Assembly: GCA_903830625.1 (NCBI GenBank)
Contig: CAIKUK010000024.1
Location: 1 to 60,933, forward strand
Direction: 5' to 3'
Length of the DNA stretch: 60,933 nt
Origin: Candidatus Yanofskybacteria bacterium
GTDB taxonomy: Bacteria; Patescibacteriota; Minisyncoccia; 2-02-FULL-40-12; GWA2-44-9
Below are positions 35,437-43,783 of the stretch, piece by piece; the stretch's first letter is position 1, and each line of letters opens with the position of its first letter. A program made the translations under genes and the position numbers. The notes beneath the pieces were generated by a model. It was not told the origin of the DNA and searched no databases. It was given only the letters and a program-made list of their open reading frames with translations.

Positions 35437-35756
35437 TGATTACCATCGACGATTTTAAAAAAATAGAAATGAAAGTCGGCCGTGTTCTGACTGCGGAATC
35501 AATCGAAGGTTCGGATAAATTATTAAAATTACAAATTGATTTGGGTTCTGAACAGCGCCAGATATTGTCCGGTATCGCCAAACATTATCAGCCGAGCGAT
35601 TTGGTCGGCCGTCAGATTGTTGTTATCACTAATTTGGAACCGCGGGCAATGATGGGTCTGGAAAGCCAGGGCATGGTCCTGGCAGCAGGGGACGGGGAAG
35701 TTATTTCCCTGCTTGCGCCCGACAAAGATCTACCTGCGGGGTCGGAAGTCAGGTAG
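35436..35756 (+). CDS. Stand-alone tRNA-binding OB domain (MetRS C-terminal/Trbp111/CsaA-like)
   Basis: ITIDDFKKIEMKVG, GSDKLLKLQIDLG, NLEPRAMMGLESQGMVLAA. Confidence 0.9.
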   Translation: MITIDDFKKIEMKVGRVLTAESIEGSDKLLKLQIDLGSEQRQILSGIAKHYQPSDLVGRQIVVITNLEPRAMMGLESQGMVLAAGDGEVISLLAPDKDLPAGSEVR

Positions 35757-35795
35757 TAGTATTTTTATTCTAATTTGCTAAGCTTAAATAAATTG

Positions 35796-35868
35796 ATCCC
35801 GTTAGAAGTCTCGCTCGCGCCCTAGGCGCGAGTCCGGAGGACCTTGGCGGGGCTACTTCTAACGGGAT
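35796..35868. mobile_element. MITE-like element, CCCGTTAGA family (copy c)
   Basis: 14-bp inverted repeat ATCCCGTTAGAAGT / ACTTCTAACGGGAT; fused to ATG 35867. Confidence 0.75.
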
Positions 35869-36814
35869 GGATACTCATTCAGAAATTAGTAAGTCTACGC
35901 CCAGGGATGTGTTTTTGTACCTGTTGGGCCTAATAACGCTGGTTATGAGCGCGGTTAGTTTTGGGGCGCTGATTTATCAATACATTGACCTTAAATTCCC
36001 GGATATTCTTCAATATGGCTCAATTGCGCCAAGCATCAATTACAGTTTAATCCGGACTGCTCTCTCGGCATTGATAGTGGTGTTCCCGGTATTTTTCTGG
36101 GTTACCCGGACTTTGCACAAAGATGTGGTAATTGAACCGGCCAAACGTGACCTTCGTGTTCGCCGTTGGCTGCTTTACTTTACGGTTTTTGTGGCCGGGC
36201 TGGTGGTCATCGGTGACCTGATCACTTTGATTCAAAGTTTCTTAAATGGCGACTTGACCACGGCGTTTGTTTTGAAAGTTCTGACGATTTTCTTCATCGC
36301 TGGTTCAACACTGTTCTATTATCTTTCGGAATTACGTGACCGGGCCTATCCCCGCAAGGCTTTTCAAGTAGTCATAGCGAGTATAGTAGTGTTGTCGCTT
36401 GGATACGGGTTTTATCTGGCCGGTTCTCCTCAAAGTCAACGCTTGGTTCGATTTGACGACTTAAAAGCAAATAACCTCCAGACCATTCAGGACCGGCTGG
36501 TGTATTATTGGCAACAAAAAGGATCTCTGCCCGTGAATCTTACCGGTTTAAATGATCCTATTTCCGGATTTAATGTACCGGTTGATCCTCAGAACAATCA
36601 GCCGTTTGAGTATAAATTAACTGGTTTGCGAGCTTTTCAGTTGTGTGCAGTATTTAATCTCGACAATGTTAGTTCAACTACCGCGCCGACATTTGGTTAT
36701 GCTTCCAGTAATTGGCAGCATGGTGCTGGGAGAGTTTGTTTTGATAGAACTATTGACCAAGCGTTATATCCCGTAAATCCGAAAGGATTACCGGTACCCT
36801 CGCCAGTTAAATAA
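35867..36814 (+). CDS. DUF5671-like membrane protein with pilin-like C-terminal domain
   Basis: PRDVFLYLL, LIVVFPVF, GDLITLI..FLNGDLT..FVLKV; C-terminal LP..L..L..DP...FEY...FQLCA. Confidence 0.7.
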   Translation: MDTHSEISKSTPRDVFLYLLGLITLVMSAVSFGALIYQYIDLKFPDILQYGSIAPSINYSLIRTALSALIVVFPVFFWVTRTLHKDVVIEPAKRDLRVRRWLLYFTVFVAGLVVIGDLITLIQSFLNGDLTTAFVLKVLTIFFIAGSTLFYYLSELRDRAYPRKAFQVVIASIVVLSLGYGFYLAGSPQSQRLVRFDDLKANNLQTIQDRLVYYWQQKGSLPVNLTGLNDPISGFNVPVDPQNNQPFEYKLTGLRAFQLCAVFNLDNVSSTTAPTFGYASSNWQHGAGRVCFDRTIDQALYPVNPKGLPVPSPVK

Positions 36815-36836
36815 TTAGAGAATAATTATACAAACG

Positions 36837-37343
36837 ATGAAAAATATTTTCATGTATATCATTGTGATTGCCATAGTGGCCGTCGGTGTCTGGTTGTTTA
36901 TGCGCAAGGGGAGCGGTACCGCTGATTTATATGAAGCTTCTCCAACAACCTCACCCAACATTGTTTTAAGCGAATCACCAACAGCGACGGCCAGTCCGGC
37001 CGGAAAAATAATAACCACTGCTTCCGGTCTTCAGTATCAGGACCAAGTTGTAGGAACTGGCCCAGTGGCTAAAGCCGGGCAAACTGTCAGTGTTCAATAT
37101 ACCGGCACTTTGACCGATGGCACAAAATTTGATAGCTCGTACGACAGAGGAGAAGCATTTAGTTTTAAACTTGGTGCGGGGCAAGTTATCAAAGGTTGGG
37201 ATGAGGGCGTCGCCGGTATGAAAGTCGGCGGTAAACGCATATTGGCTATTCCACCGGCGCTTGGTTATGGAGCCCAAGCCAACGGTCCTATTCCAGCAAA
37301 TTCAACTTTGATTTTTGAAGTGGAATTGGTAGCCATAGAGTAG
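36837..37343 (+). CDS. FKBP-type peptidyl-prolyl isomerase, N-terminal TM
   Basis: [46 protein letters not shown]. Confidence 0.95.
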   Translation: MKNIFMYIIVIAIVAVGVWLFMRKGSGTADLYEASPTTSPNIVLSESPTATASPAGKIITTASGLQYQDQVVGTGPVAKAGQTVSVQYTGTLTDGTKFDSSYDRGEAFSFKLGAGQVIKGWDEGVAGMKVGGKRILAIPPALGYGAQANGPIPANSTLIFEVELVAIE

Positions 37344-37370
37344 GGGTTTCACATTTCGGTATTCTCAAAA

Positions 37371-37400
37371 GGAAAAATCGCCCTGTGGGGCGATTTTTCC
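37371..37400. terminator. Intrinsic terminator
   Basis: 13-bp stem GGAAAAATCGCCC / GGGCGATTTTTCC. Confidence 0.75.
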
Positions 37401-37456
37401 TAGTCCGATCTCTCTAACAACTTTCTGTTTTGCGACATTGGTAAACCTTAATAAGC

Positions 37457-37465
37457 TGTGGATAA
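37457..37465 (-). promoter_or_regulatory. Isolated consensus DnaA box
   Basis: TGTGGATAA, reverse complement of TTATCCACA. Confidence 0.4.
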
Positions 37466-37674
37466 CTTTTTTTGAATGGGGCAGGGGAGTAGGGAGTAAA
37501 ATGTTCCGCAAGTTTTTGTTATGAGCTTATGTGGCGCCTAATAATCATATATAAATTAGGTTTATTTTTATTATTGGCCTAAATTTATTTTTGGCCGAAA
37601 GGCGATTACCACTCCCCTGTCTCCCCCATTGTCATCCATTTATTTTTTAGGTACAAAGAATCCATTCGCCTCAA

Positions 37675-38292
37675 ATGACTACTGAACAACAAAAGCTATT
37701 CGTACGGGTCATGACTTCCCTATTCCAGGTCCAGCAATCTGTGGCCGACTTGTTTTTTAAAAACCGATTGAACGAAGAGACTCAGAACATATTGGAGAAA
37801 CACATACAGTTTCAAACTCGCCCGCTTGAAGAAATTCGACCCGAATATATTAGAAGCTTAAAAAATCTGGTAAAAGTTCTTCAGGAGATAGCTTATCTGG
37901 AAAAAGGCGAAGCTGTTCAACTGGCCCTTTCCCAGGAACAGGTTCTTAGATATCTGCATAATATTATTAAGGGGATGCGGAATATAAAACAAATACCAGC
38001 TAAAACTGAAGCTACCATTAAACCAATTGGATTGGCACTCCAACCCCTAGTTGTCCAGCCGGCAGTGCAGATAGTTCAAAGACGTCATCGGAGCAGAAAA
38101 GAATTAAGCGAGACACAAGAAAAGATTTTGGAATTTGTTCGTCAAATCCCGGACCGCAGAACTAAAGATGTTGTAAATCAATTTAGCGCTCTATCCCCAA
38201 GAACCGTGAAGCGAGGATTGAAAGAATTGAGTGAGGATGGGAGGATTGTTAAAAGAATTGAAAGCGGGGCAGTATATTATTCAGTAGTATAG
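37675..38292 (+). CDS. Hypothetical protein with C-terminal winged HTH (DeoR/MarR-like)
   Basis: LSETQEKILEFV...TKDVVNQFSALSPRTVKRGLKELSEDGRI....GAVYY. Confidence 0.75.
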   Translation: MTTEQQKLFVRVMTSLFQVQQSVADLFFKNRLNEETQNILEKHIQFQTRPLEEIRPEYIRSLKNLVKVLQEIAYLEKGEAVQLALSQEQVLRYLHNIIKGMRNIKQIPAKTEATIKPIGLALQPLVVQPAVQIVQRRHRSRKELSETQEKILEFVRQIPDRRTKDVVNQFSALSPRTVKRGLKELSEDGRIVKRIESGAVYYSVV

Positions 38293-38302
38293 GGATAGTT
38301 TG

Positions 38303-38420
38303 AGGCTCCGAGCCTGCCATGAGTTGGGTTGTACGATCATTATCCCTCCTTGATTGGGCATAACCCTATTCAATAAAAGAGCATAATCTTTTATTATGAA
38401 TCATGGCAGGCTCGGAGCCT
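38303..38420. repeat. 118-bp inverted-repeat element
   Basis: Perfect 20-bp inverted repeat AGGCTCCGAGCCTGCCATGA / TCATGGCAGGCTCGGAGCCT. Confidence 0.7.
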
Positions 38421-38431
38421 TAACTCACTTG

Positions 38432-38503
38432 TCCCGTACGAAGTCTCGCTCGCGCCTCAGGCGCGAGTCCGAAGGACCTCGGCGAGGATACTTCGTTTGG
38501 GAT
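38432..38503. mobile_element. MITE-like element, CCCGTTAGA family (copy d, diverged)
   Basis: 45-nt core 39/45 identical to copy c; ends TCCCGTACGAAGT / ACTTCGTTTGGGA; fused to ATG 38502. Confidence 0.7.
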
Positions 38504-39530
38504 GAACGATTTTGGAAATAAATGGATACTTGTCGGATCTCTAGTAGTAGTTTTTACTATTACTTTAATTTTTAGTTACGGGCCGGGATATGGAGGCGGT
38601 CTCTATTCTTTTTTAAGTAGTAACGCTGGTATTTATCCTGAAATGTCACCTAGTGACATAGTGACACCAATGGTGACACTAAAAAAAGTGGTGACATCCA
38701 GGAGTGTCACCAATGTCACCACTGTGTCACCAGTTGTGTCATCATCAATATATAGTAATTACGGCGCTTCTATATATTCTTCATATTCCCCGTCACCAAT
38801 TACAAGTCTACATCCTTCCGTGTCACCTCGTATTTCAACCATGACACCAACTCCCAGAGTGTCACCAACTGTGTCACCAGCGACACCGATACCAGTGGTG
38901 ACACCTACGCCTTCACCAGAGACTTTAGTAGAAACAACATCACCTACTGTTATTCCGGAACCGGAAACTCCTACATCGACTCCAACCCCGACTCCAGTTG
39001 TTATTAGTGTTGGAGATATAGTTATTAATGAAATTGCCTGGATGGGTACTGGCAATACATCAAAATTGTCAAATGATGAATGGATGGAACTGTATAACAC
39101 TACTGACCAAACCATTGATTTGACTGGCTGGACTCTAAATTCTCTCACTGGCACTTCTCCTGACCCCCAAATTAACCTAGCTCATTCTATCCAGCCATTC
39201 GGGTTCTACATTCTTGAAAGAACCGATGATAATACTATTCCTGGCATTATAGCTAATCAAATATACACCGGTTCGCTTATAGATTCCGGTGAAAATCTAG
39301 AACTTAAGGATTCCTCTGGCCTTTTGATTGATTCTGTTCACAGCGAAGGCTCATGGTTTGGAGGAGATAAAGCCAGTAGGTCCTCAATGGAGCGTATAGA
39401 TCCTTATAAACCAGGCAATGATTTGACTAATTGGGGGACGAACAATGGTATAAATAAGAATGGTCTTAATGCTGAGGGGGGTCTGATTAATGGTACTCCC
39501 GGCCAGCCCAACAGTATTAGGGTCCCCTAA
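38502..39530 (+). CDS. Lamin-tail-domain (LTD) surface protein with Ser/Thr/Pro/Val-rich linker
   Basis: N-terminal TM; IVINEIAWMGT, DEWMELYN, IDLTGWTL, GTPGQPNS. Confidence 0.88.
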   Translation: MNDFGNKWILVGSLVVVFTITLIFSYGPGYGGGLYSFLSSNAGIYPEMSPSDIVTPMVTLKKVVTSRSVTNVTTVSPVVSSSIYSNYGASIYSSYSPSPITSLHPSVSPRISTMTPTPRVSPTVSPATPIPVVTPTPSPETLVETTSPTVIPEPETPTSTPTPTPVVISVGDIVINEIAWMGTGNTSKLSNDEWMELYNTTDQTIDLTGWTLNSLTGTSPDPQINLAHSIQPFGFYILERTDDNTIPGIIANQIYTGSLIDSGENLELKDSSGLLIDSVHSEGSWFGGDKASRSSMERIDPYKPGNDLTNWGTNNGINKNGLNAEGGLINGTPGQPNSIRVP

Positions 39531-39535
39531 TACCT

Positions 39536-39544
39536 TTATCCACA
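39536..39544 (+). promoter_or_regulatory. Isolated consensus DnaA box
   Basis: TTATCCACA. Confidence 0.4.
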
Positions 39545-39648
39545 ATTAGGCCCTTGCTTGCTTTTTTAAACGATATACAATTAGTTTCAAGAGTTATATT
39601 GGGACTGGTCCCAAATAGTGTTAGAACCAGCAAATATCCAGAGATACG

Positions 39649-39677
39649 TTGACTTTTAGGGATGGTTACGCTAGTAT
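39649..39677 (+). promoter_or_regulatory. Candidate promoter of the S-layer gene
   Basis: TTGACT-N17-TAGTAT about 470 bp upstream of the ATG. Confidence 0.5.
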
Positions 39678-40073
39678 TAATAGACATTGGACGAGGCAAT
39701 AATAAGCAAGCAAAACAGCCAAAATCTATGTAACATTACCCATAAATTTATTGAAAATAACCATTGTTGGTTATTTTTGGGTTGATTGAGCTTCCTACCT
39801 TTGAACGTCCCCTTCAGTCCGTGATGTCCAAAGGCAGAAAGCCCAGGAGTGAACATTGAAAACCAGGTGAAAAGAAACGGTTATCTCAGATGAGAAAGTT
39901 ATTAAATTTCCACTTTAAGATTGCACTTAGTTTGTATTAAGTCAGGTAAAGATTTCTTATACTGCTTGGTCGAGAAAAAGCATAAGAAGTTTTTACAATA
40001 ATAATGTAGTAGTGATTGTTTCCGTATAGTAATTAAAATCCTGTTCTGCGTTTAATAAAGTACCCTCGTATAA

Positions 40074-40099
40074 CCCTCCGAAGCCTTGGCGAAGGAGGG
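40074..40099. repeat. REP-like palindrome
   Basis: CCCTCCGAAGCC-TT-GGCGAAGGAGGG. Confidence 0.6.
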
Positions 40100-40146
40100 C
40101 GCGATCGGCACTGGAATCGCAAAACAGAAAAAATAGTAAAAATAAA

Positions 40147-43100
40147 ATGTCTAATTCTTTAAACAGGGTTCGACCGGTTTTTGTAAAAACCGTGTCAGCT
40201 CTAACTTCGATAGCGACTTTATTGACGCTGTCGGGAGCTGCCTATCTTGCGCCTTTGGCTGCAAGCGCGGCTGTTCCGTCAGATTATGGCCTTACGGAAG
40301 GCAACATGGTTAGCGCAGCCGGAACAAATGATCCGGATGTCTATATTGTCAACGCGTTGGGTTACAAGAGATTGTTCTTGAATCCAGCTATCTTTAACAT
40401 GTATGGCCAACTCACTGGTGGTTGGTCCTTGGTAAAGAATGTTACCCCAGCTGTTCGTGATGCGTTCCCATCTTCTGGCTTGTTCCGCAATTGCGAAACT
40501 AATGCCCAGCAAGTTTGGGCAGTTGAAGTTACTGGTGAAGACACCGGTGTCTTGCACAAAGTAACTATGTCTGGCAATCAGGCTGTTGCTGAAGATGCCA
40601 ATTTCTTTAAGAAAGTATTCTGCATCAACAACAACGAACAAAACTGGTATGCCAAGAGTTCAGTTGATTACACGTCATTGAGTCAGGTTCCGGTTTATTC
40701 CCGTGTTCCGGGAGCAACCCCGACCCCGAGCTACGGTCCAGTATCAGTAAGCTTGGCTTCGGATAACCCGGCTTCTAGCGTGTTAGTTCAAGGTCAGGCT
40801 ACCGCAGACCTTCTCCACATTACCTTTACCGGTACTGGTTCGGTTACAAGTGTTGTCTTGAACCGTTTGGGTGTTTCTGCTGATGCTACATTAGCCAGTG
40901 TTTATCTGTATGATGGCAATAAGCGTTTGACTGATTCCGCCACCGTCTCTTCCGGCAGAATTACTTTCAATGACTCAGTCGGGTTGTTCCAGGTAAGTGG
41001 TTCTAAGACCATCTCGGTTAAGTCAGATATTCTTAGCACGGCTACAGGCGAGACAATCGGAGTTCAGTTGACTGGTTTTACCCAGTCTGGTAGCGCTGCT
41101 GTCAGCACGTCGTTGATGGGTAACCTTTTCAACATTGCTACGGCAACGTTGGCAACCGTTACTCTGGCGACTGATACTTCTATTCTTCCGGCCACGAATA
41201 CGGCCCTTGACCCGGGCAGCGATGTCGTCGTTTGGCAGGACACTGCCACGATTGGCCAACGCTATGTCTGGCTCAAGAGTCTTCAGTTCCGCGTCATCGG
41301 TTCAGTTGCTGTCGGCGACTTACAGAACTTCCGTCTCTATGTTGATGGCGTTCGGGCCGGTTCAGCTCAGGCCCAGACCGATGCTCTCGGTTATGTTGTT
41401 TTTGACTTGACCAGTGGTCCGGTCAAACTTGAAACCGGCAGTCGAATCATAAAGGTCTTAGCGGATGTTATTGGTGGTTCTAACAAGAACTTCATCCTCT
41501 CAATTCGCCAAGCTCCGGATATTGCGACAACCGATTCACAGTATAACGTGCCGGTTCTGGCTACGCAGACAGGCAGCTTCCCAGCACAAGGACTTGTTGG
41601 TACCGCAGACAGCACCCAAACTATCAGCCAGGGTACTTTGACCATCACCAAAACAACGGATTCCCCGTCTGGTAATGTGGTCAAGGATGCCTCTGGTGTC
41701 GTGCTGGCTCGCTTTGAACTCAAAGCGAACGGTGAGCGATTGAAGGTGGAAAATCTCCGCGCCAACTTCTCGGGTAGTTCTACTCTCGCCGGCGATGAAT
41801 TGCGCAATGGCGCATTGTTCGCCAATGATGGTTTAGGAGGCCCGATGGTTCAGATTGGCTCGACGAAGGCTTTATTTGAGGATACTGCCAGCGGTAGTAT
41901 TAACACTCTCGGATACACGGAATACACTCTGGGCTCCTCGCTCATCGTTGAACCTGGTCATCCGCGCCTCGTTGAAATCCGCGCCGATATCTATGATGAT
42001 AGCGTTGGTAACAACGATGTTGTCGCTGATGCCACTATTGTCGGCAATATTGCTGTCGGTTCATCCAACGTCCAGCGTTTGGTTTCGCTGAACTATGCTA
42101 GTTACCCAGCTTCGGTCACTATCGGTAACTCATTGACAGTAAAGACCGGTTCGTTCAATGCCGCTAAGTACACGGGCTACGCGAACCAGTCGGTGGTGAC
42201 TCCGAGGACACAGTTCAAGCTCGGCCACTTCACGTTGACCGCCGCTTCCTCGGAAAACATCAATGTCAACACAATCATCGTTGACTATGACGGAACCAAT
42301 GATGGCTCGGTTGCCTCTAAGGCGGCCGATGTCTACATTGTGGTCAAGAACGATGTTGGTTCGACGGTTTATACCTCGCCGGCCAAACCCACAATCTCGT
42401 CTACTGCCAGCTCATCCTACTCGGTCAACTTCACTATTCCGGTGAACAAGACCTATCAGGTGGAAGTCTGGGGTAACTTGAATACGGTGGCCCTGACGTC
42501 TAAGACCTTGATTACTCACTTGCTTGCCTCTGGTGTAACAGCAAACTCCAGTACAGCTGTAACCACGACAGAAGTGGTTGGTCAAACTGTGACCACCCAA
42601 AGCGGTACTTTGAACGTCCAGGCCACCTCGTATCCCGCTGCCTCGCTCCGAGTCGGTGGTACCACGATGACCGGTTACGCGTTCGGACTCCAGCCGCAGT
42701 ATGATGACTTCACCCTTGACGAAGTCTATGTCGATATTGCCAGCGGTTCGCTGGGTGTCCGCATGGCTTCCTCTTCTGGCGCAGTGGCGCAGTTGATCCT
42801 CAAGGATGGCACTACCCCGATTAGTTATGCGACAGTTGACGGCACAACCGGTTCGGCCTCATTCACTGGCTTGAACTACCCACTCTCACAGCTTGGCGGT
42901 ACCAAGACCTTCTCGGTTGACGTGCAGCTTGCCAATGTGGGCGTAGGCGCCAACGACACCGGCGGTAATGTCACAGTGCGTTTGGATGGTCTTAAGTACC
43001 ATGGTTCTGGTGGCACTATCACCACGACCAATGGTCTAGTTCCGGCGACCAATACGGGTAATGTAAATCTTGTTCACAAGGCTTACCCAACCTTAGCCAA

Positions 43101-43647
43101 TGTGGCTCTACCAACGACAGCCATGACGGCTGGTGAGAACACTCTAGCCAAGGTAGCAGTCAGTAGCGTGGGAGGCACGGTCGGACTGTACCGCTTGGTA
43201 TGGACCGTCACAGTAGCCGCTGGTCCCCAGATCGCTTCTGCGTCCAACTTCAAGTTGTTAGAGGATGACGTCGACCAGACGTCGCTCGGTGCGTTCTCGA
43301 CAGCCAGCTACAACTTCAACAAGGCCACCGGTGGCACAGGATATGTCGCGTTCACCTTTACGGCTGAACGCCCAGTCTCTTCCACCAAGGTCTACTCGTT
43401 GTTAGGCACCGTCAGCGGAACGTTGACAGCAGGCAACACCATTATCTCGAAGATTTCTAACCCGAAAACCACGACTGCCAGTGCGGTCACGGATAATGCT
43501 GCTGATGTGGCCGGTACATTAGGAGCGACTTCAGCCAGTATCGTTTGGACAGATCAGTCGGCTGCCACCCACTCACTCCTTTCGGATGACTGGATGAACG
43601 ACTACCTGGTCAAGACGATTAACGTGTCGCAGGTTCTGACAAAGTAA
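40147..43647 (+). CDS. Large secreted S-layer-like surface protein
   Basis: 1166 aa; long signal peptide (...LAASA/AVP); Cys-pair N-terminal domain; tandem beta-rich Ig-like repeats; Thr/Ser/Gly/Val/Ala-rich. Confidence 0.75.
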   Translation: MSNSLNRVRPVFVKTVSALTSIATLLTLSGAAYLAPLAASAAVPSDYGLTEGNMVSAAGTNDPDVYIVNALGYKRLFLNPAIFNMYGQLTGGWSLVKNVTPAVRDAFPSSGLFRNCETNAQQVWAVEVTGEDTGVLHKVTMSGNQAVAEDANFFKKVFCINNNEQNWYAKSSVDYTSLSQVPVYSRVPGATPTPSYGPVSVSLASDNPASSVLVQGQATADLLHITFTGTGSVTSVVLNRLGVSADATLASVYLYDGNKRLTDSATVSSGRITFNDSVGLFQVSGSKTISVKSDILSTATGETIGVQLTGFTQSGSAAVSTSLMGNLFNIATATLATVTLATDTSILPATNTALDPGSDVVVWQDTATIGQRYVWLKSLQFRVIGSVAVGDLQNFRLYVDGVRAGSAQAQTDALGYVVFDLTSGPVKLETGSRIIKVLADVIGGSNKNFILSIRQAPDIATTDSQYNVPVLATQTGSFPAQGLVGTADSTQTISQGTLTITKTTDSPSGNVVKDASGVVLARFELKANGERLKVENLRANFSGSSTLAGDELRNGALFANDGLGGPMVQIGSTKALFEDTASGSINTLGYTEYTLGSSLIVEPGHPRLVEIRADIYDDSVGNNDVVADATIVGNIAVGSSNVQRLVSLNYASYPASVTIGNSLTVKTGSFNAAKYTGYANQSVVTPRTQFKLGHFTLTAASSENINVNTIIVDYDGTNDGSVASKAADVYIVVKNDVGSTVYTSPAKPTISSTASSSYSVNFTIPVNKTYQVEVWGNLNTVALTSKTLITHLLASGVTANSSTAVTTTEVVGQTVTTQSGTLNVQATSYPAASLRVGGTTMTGYAFGLQPQYDDFTLDEVYVDIASGSLGVRMASSSGAVAQLILKDGTTPISYATVDGTTGSASFTGLNYPLSQLGGTKTFSVDVQLANVGVGANDTGGNVTVRLDGLKYHGSGGTITTTNGLVPATNTGNVNLVHKAYPTLANVALPTTAMTAGENTLAKVAVSSVGGTVGLYRLVWTVTVAAGPQIASASNFKLLEDDVDQTSLGAFSTASYNFNKATGGTGYVAFTFTAERPVSSTKVYSLLGTVSGTLTAGNTIISKISNPKTTTASAVTDNAADVAGTLGATSASIVWTDQSAATHSLLSDDWMNDYLVKTINVSQVLTK

Positions 43648-43690
43648 CATCGTTACTTTGTAAATCTCGAGATTCGCGCGATGGCGTTTC

Positions 43691-43730
43691 TCGTAACCAA
43701 AAACCCCCTTTAGGGGGTTTTTGGTTACGA
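43691..43730. terminator. Intrinsic terminator
   Basis: Stem TCGTAACCAAAAACCCCC / GGGGGTTTTTGGTTACGA. Confidence 0.85.
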
Positions 43731-43783
43731 CGATGACAGACTTTTATATTGAAAGTTTATTAAATCAGGATTATACTAAGGGC

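Noticed and set aside
37457-39544. oriC suggested by two DnaA boxes and nearby parAB
   Set aside because: The two boxes are 2 kb apart with genes between; there is no box cluster and no dnaA or dnaN in the window.
39517-39699. 60-aa minus-strand ORF
   Set aside because: It overlaps the LTD stop and the S-layer promoter; no motif.
43721-43783. TTG start inside the terminator for the 379-aa ORF
   Set aside because: The promoter and signal peptide point to ATG 43784.
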